From assembly GCA_041548245.1 (NCBI GenBank), contig JBFESZ010000009.1:1-39285 (forward strand): DNA of 39,285 bases, written 5' to 3'. The DNA comes from Sulfurimonadaceae bacterium (GTDB taxonomy: Bacteria > Campylobacterota > Campylobacteria > Campylobacterales > Sulfurimonadaceae). Both the position numbers and the translations under genes were made by a program. Shown piece after piece: positions 30,790 through 39,285 of this stretch. A model generated the notes under the pieces. It worked only from the letters and a program-made list of their open reading frames with translations, ran no database searches and was not told the DNA's origin. The stretch's first letter is position 1, and each line of letters begins with the position of its first letter.

Positions 30790-32502
30790 TTAGTAACTTC
30801 TGGCTTTTAGCTCATGTTTGCCAAGAACGACATCCATGTAGTCTAGAGTAACATTTCCGTCTTTGTCCATGTACCCCATAGTGTGCTTTAAGAAGTTTTC
30901 ATCATCACGTGTAGGGTAGTCTTCACGATAGTGAGCCCCACGACTTTCTTTACGTGCTAGTGCTGATTGTACGATAAAAGCACAGTAATCTAGCATATGA
31001 CCAAATTCGATTGCTTCTTGCAACTCTGTATTGAAGATTTTTGATTTGTCCGCAATACGGATGTTTTTATAACGCTTGCGCAGTTCTCTGATTACGTCAA
31101 CCTGTTTCTCAAGTGTTTCTTGTGTACGGAAAACACCTGCATTGTCAGTCATTGATTGTTGTAGTTCGTGTCTTAGATCCGAAACTTTTTCCGTACCGTT
31201 GTTTGTAAGGATGAATTCAAGTTCTTCATTCATACGTGCAGCATCAGCTTCAGTCGCCGCACGTAGATCGATACCATCAACCTCTTCAGCCATCGTTTTA
31301 CCAACAAAACGACCAAACAGCAGTGCCTCAAGAACAGAGTTTGCACCTAGGCGGTTTGCACCATGGACTGAAACACATGAGCATTCACCCGCAGCATAAA
31401 AGCCCTCAACGAATTCATCGTTGTTCTTACGTACATGCCCTTTAACATCACATGGAATACCACCCATTGAGTAGTGTGCAGTTGCAGAGATAAGGATAGG
31501 CTCCTTGATCATATCAAGACCTAAGAAGGTGATTGCAAGGTCACGGAGCTCAGGAAGTCTTTCCATGATTTTCTCTTTACCAAGGTGGACAAGGTCAATA
31601 TAGACAGCATCTTTTCTTGGTCCTACACCGCGACCTTCACGGATCTCTTGGATAATAGCACGGGCAACAACGTCACGTGAAGCAAGTTCCATAGCGTTAG
31701 GAGCATATTTCTCCATAAAACGCTCACCTTTAGAGTTAAGAAGACGTCCACCTTCACCGCGTGCAGCCTCAGAGATAAGAACACCGTTTCCTGAAAGACC
31801 GGACGGGTGAAACTGTACAAATTCCATATCTTCAAGAGGAAGACCGTGGCGTGCAACTAAAGAAAGACCGTCACCTGTATTGGCATGGGCATTAGAATTG
31901 ATTTTGAATGAACGTGCATATCCACCTGTTGCAAACATTACGGTTTTAGCGTTAAAGATCGCTTTTTCAGAATTGCGGATGTTATAAGCAGCAATACCGT
32001 ATACTTTACCATTTTCATATAGAAGGTCGGCAGCATACCATTCGTCAAAGAATTTAACACCATAACGATGTGCTTGTTCGTAAATAGTTTGTAAAAGAGT
32101 AAGACCTGTTCTGTCTTTTGCGAAACATGCACGTGGAGATGATTGTCCTCCAAAAGGGCGTTGTGCGATTTTTCCATCTTCAGTACGAGAAAAAGCGGCA
32201 CCCATACGTTCAGCCCAACGGATTGTTTCAGGTGCTTTTTTACACATAAATTCAACACAGTCTTGATCTGCAAGGTAGTCGGCACCTTTTACAGTATCAA
32301 ACTCATGTAGTTCAACACTATCCTCATCACTAAAAGCAGCATTGATCCCGCCTTGTGCTGCACCTGAGTGTGAACGTAAAGGGTGTAGTTTTGTAATTAC
32401 AGCGACTTTTTTGCCAGCTTTTTCTAGCTCTAATGCTGCGGCACAACCTGCAAGACCGGCACCAACAACAATAGCGTCATAAGTATAAATAGGAATACTC
32501 AT
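30790..32502 (-). CDS. sdhA: Succinate dehydrogenase/fumarate reductase flavoprotein subunit
   Basis: [60 protein letters not shown] before ATG 32502. Confidence 0.95.
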   Translation of the reverse strand: MSIPIYTYDAIVVGAGLAGCAAALELEKAGKKVAVITKLHPLRSHSGAAQGGINAAFSDEDSVELHEFDTVKGADYLADQDCVEFMCKKAPETIRWAERMGAAFSRTEDGKIAQRPFGGQSSPRACFAKDRTGLTLLQTIYEQAHRYGVKFFDEWYAADLLYENGKVYGIAAYNIRNSEKAIFNAKTVMFATGGYARSFKINSNAHANTGDGLSLVARHGLPLEDMEFVQFHPSGLSGNGVLISEAARGEGGRLLNSKGERFMEKYAPNAMELASRDVVARAIIQEIREGRGVGPRKDAVYIDLVHLGKEKIMERLPELRDLAITFLGLDMIKEPILISATAHYSMGGIPCDVKGHVRKNNDEFVEGFYAAGECSCVSVHGANRLGANSVLEALLFGRFVGKTMAEEVDGIDLRAATEADAARMNEELEFILTNNGTEKVSDLRHELQQSMTDNAGVFRTQETLEKQVDVIRELRKRYKNIRIADKSKIFNTELQEAIEFGHMLDYCAFIVQSALARKESRGAHYREDYPTRDDENFLKHTMGYMDKDGNVTLDYMDVVLGKHELKARSY

Positions 32503-32668
32503 TCGCAATCCTCCGAAAATATTTTTCATGATTATATCTTCAACATTCTTGTATAAGGTTAAAATAGGCAAAGCTGGGAAGTAAAAAGCTCAATGTTACA
32601 CATAGAAGCAGCTGATTGGGCAGCAAAAAAGTATGAGGGTAGGGTGAACATAAGGGTGTCGGAATGCC

Positions 32669-33877
32669 TTATACTCGGTATTTTTTGTCTCCGCTATCTC
32701 TTAATTGTGCAATCCTGTTACCACCTTGAGATATCGCAGCGTGTAATACCTCTTTTGCATGCGCAATTGTTTGGTCAAGGTTTTTATTTGGTTGTTTGAC
32801 AACAAAACCTCCACTTGCGGTAACCTTGATAGGAATACCATTGTGAGTTTTGAATTTTCCTTCTTCTATACTCTTTCTGATCATCTCACAGTCGTGAAGG
32901 GCAATATCTTTTGTTGCTCTGTTAAGGACGAAAACAAACTGATCATAATCTATACGCCCAAAAACATCCGTATGTTGCTCATATAAGGAGAACATAAAGG
33001 CAACTTTTTTAAGGATATGATTCGCGAAATCTTTTTTGTACTTTTTCTCAATATCTCTTAGACCATCGAGCGAAAAGACACACACTACCAAAGCTGCACC
33101 TGCATTGCCTTTTCGATTTGCAAAAGCATGTAGCAGCCCCTTGTAATTGTTGACCTCAGTCACGGGGTCTATGAAAGCAGGATTTTCTGTAGCTGTCGGC
33201 TTACGGTTCATACGCTTGATGATCATCTCGGCTTCTTCCGTGAGATAGACACGCTCCTTGCTCTCAAGGTCTACCGAGTAAAGTGTCTTAAGATCTTTAT
33301 ATATAAATGAAAGACGACGGGTAAACCATAAGGTCGTCATAAGTGAAATCCCAAAAGCAAGATAAATGATATATTGAAGTATATTGAACTTTTCAGCCTC
33401 ATAAAGCATATGCTTCTCTTCGATCTGATAAATCTTATTCTCATACTCACCTTGTGCATAATCAAGATCTTTCAGACGGGTAGAGAGTTTTTCAAGGCTT
33501 TGGTCATAATAGGCTTCGGCAGCTTGGATATAAAGCTGCTGCTTGCTACTGAGCTCTTCCAAGTCTTTTAAATATTGACTGGCGTGACCAAGAAGATAGT
33601 TGCCTAAGACGTCAAATGCAAAATCCTGCTTCATTTTACTGATGTCATATCGAAGATTGTCAACAATGCCTCTTAATTGAATGTTGCTTAACTGAATATC
33701 GTCTCTGCCTAAAGAGTATGCTTCATTAAGAAGTGCCTTTTGCTCAACTAGTAGGTTCGTTTTTTCAACCGATGAGTTCAATGTGAGTGTAACAGCTGCT
33801 AAAAGACCAAGAATGATTGAGAGGATAAGTAAGGTTGTAGAAAGGTTTTTGAAAATCTGCTTGATAGACCAGCGCAT
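32669..33877 (-). CDS. Membrane protein with periplasmic helical domain and degenerate GGDEF domain
   Basis: 2 TM helices; DPVTEVNN, GRIDYDQF in place of RxGGDEF, VTASGG, GGNR; AAGGA SD before ATG 33877. Confidence 0.82.
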   Translation of the reverse strand: MRWSIKQIFKNLSTTLLILSIILGLLAAVTLTLNSSVEKTNLLVEQKALLNEAYSLGRDDIQLSNIQLRGIVDNLRYDISKMKQDFAFDVLGNYLLGHASQYLKDLEELSSKQQLYIQAAEAYYDQSLEKLSTRLKDLDYAQGEYENKIYQIEEKHMLYEAEKFNILQYIIYLAFGISLMTTLWFTRRLSFIYKDLKTLYSVDLESKERVYLTEEAEMIIKRMNRKPTATENPAFIDPVTEVNNYKGLLHAFANRKGNAGAALVVCVFSLDGLRDIEKKYKKDFANHILKKVAFMFSLYEQHTDVFGRIDYDQFVFVLNRATKDIALHDCEMIRKSIEEGKFKTHNGIPIKVTASGGFVVKQPNKNLDQTIAHAKEVLHAAISQGGNRIAQLRDSGDKKYRV

Positions 33878-34037
33878 AGGCGTCCTTGATAGGTATGAAT
33901 GTTCTTTGGTGGTACATTTTAAACTGCAATCAATTAAATATGACTTAATACCTGTCTGAGACGTATTTATCATCTGTATAAAAGGAATTTTGGGTACAAT
34001 TCTTCATAATTATAATTAATGGATGACGGATAAATTT

Positions 34038-34856
34038 TTGAATAAAGAAGATTTTTTTATTTCTTGTTTTAACTCGAGTAAAATTGGTGATGATGCAGCG
34101 ATCATTGATGAATGGGTCGTGTCAAAGGATGCTTTTTTTGAAAATGTCCATTTTAAGCGTCAATGGCTGGACCTTGATGAGATAGCCTATAAGGCGATGT
34201 TGGTGAACATATCGGACTCTATTGCGATGAATGCTGACCCAAAATACGCGCTTCTCGCCGTAGGTCTGCCTTCATCTCTTAGCAAAACCGACATAAAAAA
34301 ACTCTACAGCGGTTTCGACAGGGCTGCTAAAGAGTACGGCATTGAAATTATAGGTGGAGATACGATCTCAAATACCAAGATAGATATTACTATTACGGTT
34401 TTGGCAAAAACTAAAAAAAGTTTAAAAAGGACTGGTCTGAAAGAGGGCGACATACTTGCTTACACCGGAAGCCTTGGGTCGTCTAAGAAGGCCTTGCACT
34501 CCCTGCTTAGAACAAACAAAGCACGTAAAAGTTCCCGTTTCTTTCAGCCTAAATTACGACAGAGCTTCATTAGAAAAGCCGCTTCTTCTTTGCACTGCGG
34601 CATGGACATTTCAGATGGCCTTTTTGCAGATTTGAGTAAACTATCAAAGGCAAATCGTCTTGGGTTCTCTTTTATCCATCCTATACAAAAAGAGATAGGC
34701 TGTAGCGGTGAAGAGTATGAGATGCTTATAGGCTTCTCGCCTCGGGATAAAAAGAAAATGATGCGTTTGGCACAATCGGAACGTTGTGAGTTGACTCTTT
34801 TTGCAAAGGCCAGACGCAAAACATACAAATCAAAATGCAAGGCACATCACTTTTGA
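34038..34856 (+). CDS. thiL: Thiamine-phosphate kinase
   Basis: IGDDAA, ENVHF, NISDSIAM, IIGGDT, MDISDGL, GEEYE; start TTG 34038 or ATG 34023. Confidence 0.9.
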   Translation: MNKEDFFISCFNSSKIGDDAAIIDEWVVSKDAFFENVHFKRQWLDLDEIAYKAMLVNISDSIAMNADPKYALLAVGLPSSLSKTDIKKLYSGFDRAAKEYGIEIIGGDTISNTKIDITITVLAKTKKSLKRTGLKEGDILAYTGSLGSSKKALHSLLRTNKARKSSRFFQPKLRQSFIRKAASSLHCGMDISDGLFADLSKLSKANRLGFSFIHPIQKEIGCSGEEYEMLIGFSPRDKKKMMRLAQSERCELTLFAKARRKTYKSKCKAHHF

Positions 34857-35956
34857 ATAGAAACTATTATTTAAACCACTCGGCTATACCTTTTCATTTT
34901 GCTCAAAGTCCACGTGACTTTGTGGTTGATGAGATCCCATTGTACGAGTTCAGCGGAGAAGGTGAGCACCTTGTCTTGCATGTACGAAAAAAGAACCTCA
35001 CGACTTGGGAAATGATCGATATTATCTGTGATAGAGCAGGGGTGAAGGCGAAAGAGATAGGGACAGCAGGTCTTAAAGATAAAAATGCTTTGACAACACA
35101 ATATATTTCAGTGCCCGCACGTATTGAAGAGGCCATTGATGCGCTTGATCATCCACAGATAAAAATCTTATCAAAAGTTCGTCATAGCAACAAGATACGT
35201 ACTGGTCATCTCAAAGGCAACCGTTTTTTTATTCGTATTAAAAAAGTTCTTCCTGTGGCAGCACAAAAACTTGACCAGGCCATCAAGCACATCAAACAAG
35301 ACGGTATGCCCAACTATTTCGGGTATCAACGGTTTGGGAATGATGGTGACAACTATCTTATCGGTCAAGAGATTGTCGAGGGAAAACGTAAAGAGAAAAA
35401 CAAGAAGAAAGCACAGCTGTTTGTATCGGCCTATCAATCACATTTGTTTAATCTATGGTTGAGTAGACGAATAGAGATCAGTAAGCTTTGCAGTCTAGAA
35501 GCCCATGAAGCAGCCGAAGTCTTGAACTGGGATGTTTCCCTTGTCAAACAGATCCAAAAGCAGGCACACCCTTTTAAGATGTTGCCAGGTGATCTGTGTA
35601 TGCATTATCCTTATGGTGCGATATTTTATGCTGAGGACTTAGAAGCAGAAGCTGAGCTTTTTTTCAAAAAAGACAGGGCACCGACGGGCCTCCTTCCTGG
35701 CAAGAAGGTCAAAAAAAGCAGGGATATTGCACATACAATCGAGAAAGAGTTCGATGCAATGATGAATGAAGATGGCACACGCCGTTATGCCTTTGTCTTT
35801 CCTGAAGATATTGAAACGGAATACAAAGAAGACAAGGCTTGGTATGAACTTCATTTTACTCTTCCTAAAGGTTCATACGCAACCGTGCTTGTCGAAGAGC
35901 TTGCAAAAAGAGAGATAAGAGAAGAAAAAATTACTTCAAGGAAACAAATTGACTAA
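34853..35956 (+). CDS. truD: tRNA pseudouridine(13) synthase
   Basis: DFVVDE, AGLKDK, GHLKGNRF, PNYFGYQRFG, FTLPKGSYAT; TTG start overlaps the thiL TGA. Confidence 0.95.
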   Translation: MNRNYYLNHSAIPFHFAQSPRDFVVDEIPLYEFSGEGEHLVLHVRKKNLTTWEMIDIICDRAGVKAKEIGTAGLKDKNALTTQYISVPARIEEAIDALDHPQIKILSKVRHSNKIRTGHLKGNRFFIRIKKVLPVAAQKLDQAIKHIKQDGMPNYFGYQRFGNDGDNYLIGQEIVEGKRKEKNKKKAQLFVSAYQSHLFNLWLSRRIEISKLCSLEAHEAAEVLNWDVSLVKQIQKQAHPFKMLPGDLCMHYPYGAIFYAEDLEAEAELFFKKDRAPTGLLPGKKVKKSRDIAHTIEKEFDAMMNEDGTRRYAFVFPEDIETEYKEDKAWYELHFTLPKGSYATVLVEELAKREIREEKITSRKQID

Positions 35957-36773
35957 TAAAAAACACATCACATCAGCTTTATCACAATTATTTGGAAAGT
36001 TCGCCTCCAAGCCTTTTCCAACTCCTGTACAGAAATTTATCAATGCTTCGTATGTAAAACTTATGGGTTTGGATATGAATGACTTTGAACCTTCATCTTC
36101 GTATGAGACACTGAATAAGCTTTTCACACGCCACCTGAGAGAACCACGCAGTTTTAATCATGATGAATCTATCATGATATCACCCTGTGATGCTTTGATC
36201 ACAGAATGTGGCAAACTGCACGATTTTACATCATTGCAGATTAAAGGGATGAAGTACAAGGTCGATGAACTCTTGGGCGACTTTATTGATGCTGATAAAA
36301 AGCACAGAATCAAGAATGGACGTTTTATAAACTTTTACCTCTCTCCAAGCGATTATCACCGTTACCATATTCCTTTGGATTGCCGTATTACTAAAGCCGT
36401 TCATATCCCTGGCAAGCTTTATCCCGTTAATTTTACCTATCTCAATAAACAACCGGATTTGTTTATTGAAAACGAACGTGTAGTCATTGAGTGTTATACT
36501 AAAGATGACCAGCTTTTTTACATGGTGCTTGTGGGTGCGTTAAATGTTGGGCGTATGGAGGTGAGTTTTGAACCAAGCATCAGCACAAACAGTCATATCC
36601 GTGAAAGCATCACTTATGAATATAGTAACCTTGAGATGAAAAAAGGTGATGATTTTGGTTGTTTCCAAATGGGTTCTACAATCGTTTTGATCGCAGAAAA
36701 AATGGATATCTTCGTTAATAGCGGTGAGAAGGTCTCTTTTGCCCAAGATATTTCAAAAACTACAGTGAAATAG
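35949..36773 (+). CDS. psd: Phosphatidylserine decarboxylase
   Basis: LFTR, SPCD, YLSPSDYHRYH, ENER, VGALNVG, FQMGST autocleavage site. Confidence 0.93.
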   Translation: MTNKKHITSALSQLFGKFASKPFPTPVQKFINASYVKLMGLDMNDFEPSSSYETLNKLFTRHLREPRSFNHDESIMISPCDALITECGKLHDFTSLQIKGMKYKVDELLGDFIDADKKHRIKNGRFINFYLSPSDYHRYHIPLDCRITKAVHIPGKLYPVNFTYLNKQPDLFIENERVVIECYTKDDQLFYMVLVGALNVGRMEVSFEPSISTNSHIRESITYEYSNLEMKKGDDFGCFQMGSTIVLIAEKMDIFVNSGEKVSFAQDISKTTVK

Positions 36774-36775
36774 AC

Positions 36776-37861
36776 ATGACAAACTCACAAGTATACATTC
36801 AAAAGCTTTTTTCAGACAAGGAAACCTTTGAAAAAGATGTTTTACATGTAAACTGTGATGAAGACAGAAAAGAAGTGATGTCGCTGATGTGCAAAGAGCT
36901 CTGTACGAATAGTAAAATCTCTCATCAGATTAATTTTTTAAAGATAAAGAGAATTGATGAACTTAGCTTCGAGGGCATCAATATCGCTTTGGTACAGGTA
37001 CTTTTGGCTGAGCTGGTCTCACTGCTCAGGGAAAAACATTATCCTCAAAACGAGATAGACTCCCTAAAGACAAACAAAGCATATCTGAAGTTCTTATATG
37101 AGATTGCACAAAGCTATATGCGTCAATATGGGAGTTTGCTCTATAAAGAAGTTGTTAATACTTTTTTTGAGCTTATAGGTGTGGCAGACAGACCAGAGAA
37201 GATCAGTAAAGTTGTGCATGAGGCTATTATTGGAAACGACACTCACAAATCTCTGCTTGAGCAGCATGGAGGCGGACAGGTACTATATAAAGCAGATCAA
37301 GCTTGGATGCGTGTCAAACAAGCCAGAGATGATAAGAATAGAAAAATACAAGTTCATCAGGTTGAGATTGTGAAACTGGTTAAGCGTGTTGATCAGCTTA
37401 AACTTCATATTTCAGCGATTGCTGCAGCAAAAGCACTGACCTTAAATGAAATCAAAAAAGTGACATCTCAGCTTTTAATCGATATGTTTACGGACGAGGA
37501 TGATATCCAATTGCATACCAAAAAGACGATGTTCTCTTATTTGGGTGATGAAGCTTTGCTTAATGTGATGATCAGTACAGCTCTCTCAGCTAAGAACCTG
37601 ACTAAAGACACCAAGTTGAAAGATGATTTTTCTCAAATAGCGGATTTTTTTAAAAAATGCAAAAGTATCAACTCAAAGACGTTTATTGACACACGCTTTG
37701 AGGAGTTCAAGAAGGAACTACAGTTGAAAAGTGACCAATATAGACAACAGAGACTAAAGCTTCAAATACTACGCGAAAAACCTCTGGATAACTTTGATAT
37801 TACACTCAAGCGGGTGAAAGAGGCAATGGTCTATAATCTACAACACTTGAATATAAAATAA
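36776..37861 (+). CDS. Hypothetical soluble helical/coiled-coil protein
   Basis: 361-aa ORF 2 nt after the psd stop; Lys/Glu/Leu-rich; no motif recognised. Confidence 0.78.
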   Translation: MTNSQVYIQKLFSDKETFEKDVLHVNCDEDRKEVMSLMCKELCTNSKISHQINFLKIKRIDELSFEGINIALVQVLLAELVSLLREKHYPQNEIDSLKTNKAYLKFLYEIAQSYMRQYGSLLYKEVVNTFFELIGVADRPEKISKVVHEAIIGNDTHKSLLEQHGGGQVLYKADQAWMRVKQARDDKNRKIQVHQVEIVKLVKRVDQLKLHISAIAAAKALTLNEIKKVTSQLLIDMFTDEDDIQLHTKKTMFSYLGDEALLNVMISTALSAKNLTKDTKLKDDFSQIADFFKKCKSINSKTFIDTRFEEFKKELQLKSDQYRQQRLKLQILREKPLDNFDITLKRVKEAMVYNLQHLNIK

Positions 37862-37890
37862 TTGAAAATATTTATATTGTTCATCATAGC

Positions 37891-37913
37891 ACCGCTCGAA
37901 TAGCGGTTTTTTT
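37891..37913. terminator. Intrinsic terminator between convergent genes
   Basis: ACCGCT-CGAAT-AGCGGT followed by a T tract that overlaps the ychF stop. Confidence 0.6.
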
Positions 37914-39012
37914 ACACGTTGAATCTAAAGTGCATAACATCGCCATCTTGGACGATGTACTCTTTTCCTTCAAGACGCATTTTTCCTGCTTCTTTTGCCT
38001 TTGCCTCTCCGCCACAGGCGATATAGTCAGCATAACTGATGACTTCAGCACGGATAAATCCTTTTTCAAAGTCATTATGGATAACAGCGGCTGCTTTTGG
38101 CGCCGTAGTATTTTTTCGAATAGTCCATGCACGAACCTCTTTGACACCGGCCGTAAAGTATGACATCAAACCAAGCTTGTCAAAACCTCTGTGAATGATC
38201 TGTGCCAGACCTGATTCGGTGATACCCATCTCTGACAAGAATTCTTTTGCTTCCTCATCATCCATACCAACCAAATCCTCTTCAAATTTAGCACATAGTT
38301 TGATGACTTCAGAGTTATTTGCCTTGGCATGTTCTTGGACCGCCTTGACATATTCGTTGCCTTCACTTAATCCGTCTTCATCGACATTAGCACCATACAT
38401 AATCTCTTTTGCTGTAAGCAGTCGTAATTCCTGATTAAGCTGAGTGAATAGATCATTATCAGCATCCGGAAAGTTACGAGCCATCTTTCCTTCTTCAAGA
38501 AAAGCTATCAAAGAGTGCGCCATCTCCATCAAGGCATTGGCACTTTTATCAGCCTTAGCTTGTTTTTTTAATCTTTCAGCACGATTTGAAAGTGCTTCAA
38601 GATCAGCAAATATAAGTTCAGTTTCAATGATTTCTATATCACGGACTGGATCGATATGCCCCTCTGTATGGACAATATTTTCATCTTCGAAACAGCGCAC
38701 AATATGCAGTATCACTTCTGTTTCACGAATATTGGAGAGAAACTTGTTCCCAAGTCCTTCTCCCTTGCTTGCACCCTTGACCAAGCCGGCAATATCCACA
38801 AAGTCCAAAGTAGAATGCTGTATACGCTCGGGATTGACGATTTTTGCGAGTTCATCAAGGCGGGAGTCAGGTACTGGTACAACAGCTTTGTTAGGTTCAA
38901 TCGTACAAAACGGATAGTTTGCTGCTTCTGCATTCTGTGCTTTTGTCAGTGCATTAAAAGTTGTTGATTTTCCTACGTTAGGTAAGCCTACAAGGCCGAT
39001 ACTAAGTCCCAT
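37912..39012 (-). CDS. ychF: Redox-regulated ribosome-binding ATPase YchF
   Basis: GLPNVGKST, ANYPFCTIEPN, DIAGLV.GAS.GEGLGNKFL, EGKEYIVQDGDVMHFRFNV. Confidence 0.97.
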   Translation of the reverse strand: MGLSIGLVGLPNVGKSTTFNALTKAQNAEAANYPFCTIEPNKAVVPVPDSRLDELAKIVNPERIQHSTLDFVDIAGLVKGASKGEGLGNKFLSNIRETEVILHIVRCFEDENIVHTEGHIDPVRDIEIIETELIFADLEALSNRAERLKKQAKADKSANALMEMAHSLIAFLEEGKMARNFPDADNDLFTQLNQELRLLTAKEIMYGANVDEDGLSEGNEYVKAVQEHAKANNSEVIKLCAKFEEDLVGMDDEEAKEFLSEMGITESGLAQIIHRGFDKLGLMSYFTAGVKEVRAWTIRKNTTAPKAAAVIHNDFEKGFIRAEVISYADYIACGGEAKAKEAGKMRLEGKEYIVQDGDVMHFRFNV

Positions 39013-39022
39013 ATTTTTCCTT

Positions 39023-39285
39023 TTATCCCTCTTGGACGAGTGTTGAATTTGTTGTACTAAAGATATAAAACAGGTATTTAACCGGTTCTAATAGATAAGC
39101 ACTGATGCCTCTTTCTGTCTTGTACCAATTGTCTTCGTTGAAGATGGCATTTGGTGCAGCTGACATCTCTATTCTCACGTTTTCATAACCATTAAGATCA
39201 AGAATTTTTCTAAAGGCATAATGCGCTCTTGAAGTATGATAGGTATCGGTTACCAATATGATATGTTTCATCGGATGTGACTGCA
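39023..39285 (-). CDS. YdcF/ElyC (DUF218) family protein, C-terminal part (5' end beyond window)
   Basis: IILVTDTYHTSRA and LEPVKY motifs; frame is open to the window edge. Confidence 0.75.
   Translation of the reverse strand, partial: QSHPMKHIILVTDTYHTSRAHYAFRKILDLNGYENVRIEMSAAPNAIFNEDNWYKTERGISAYLLEPVKYLFYIFSTTNSTLVQEG

Noticed and set aside
32503-32571. 23-aa N-terminal extension of SdhA as a possible export signal
   Set aside because: No RR motif or hydrophobic core; a GGAGG SD supports ATG 32502.

Overview
Mostly core chromosome of a Campylobacterota bacterium. The tgt/COG3400-aroB-mscS-mtaB-ftsH-like-bioV-mog block, pdxJA, thiL-truD, the three-domain aas and the carboxy(nor)spermidine genes suggest a Sulfurimonas/Sulfurovum-like lineage (inference from gene content). 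I find about 35 CDS and no tRNA, rRNA, CRISPR or recognisable mobile element. A 5' porin-like gene that the ORF track missed runs off the left edge and carries three Fur-type boxes. The most interesting observations are: (1) an Fe-S-ligand-depleted SdhB+SdhE fusion paralogue (26661-27776) facing the type-E sdhABE operon it resembles; (2) a YfiR protein wired to a CHASE8-type histidine kinase and a REC-GGDEF*-EAL protein rather than to a YfiN cyclase and YfiB; (3) a Zn-ribbon SAM methyltransferase overlapping both genes of the carboxy(nor)spermidine pathway; (4) a perfect loop-less 38-bp palindrome at the xth stop. All calls come from motif reading by eye; no database searches were run.
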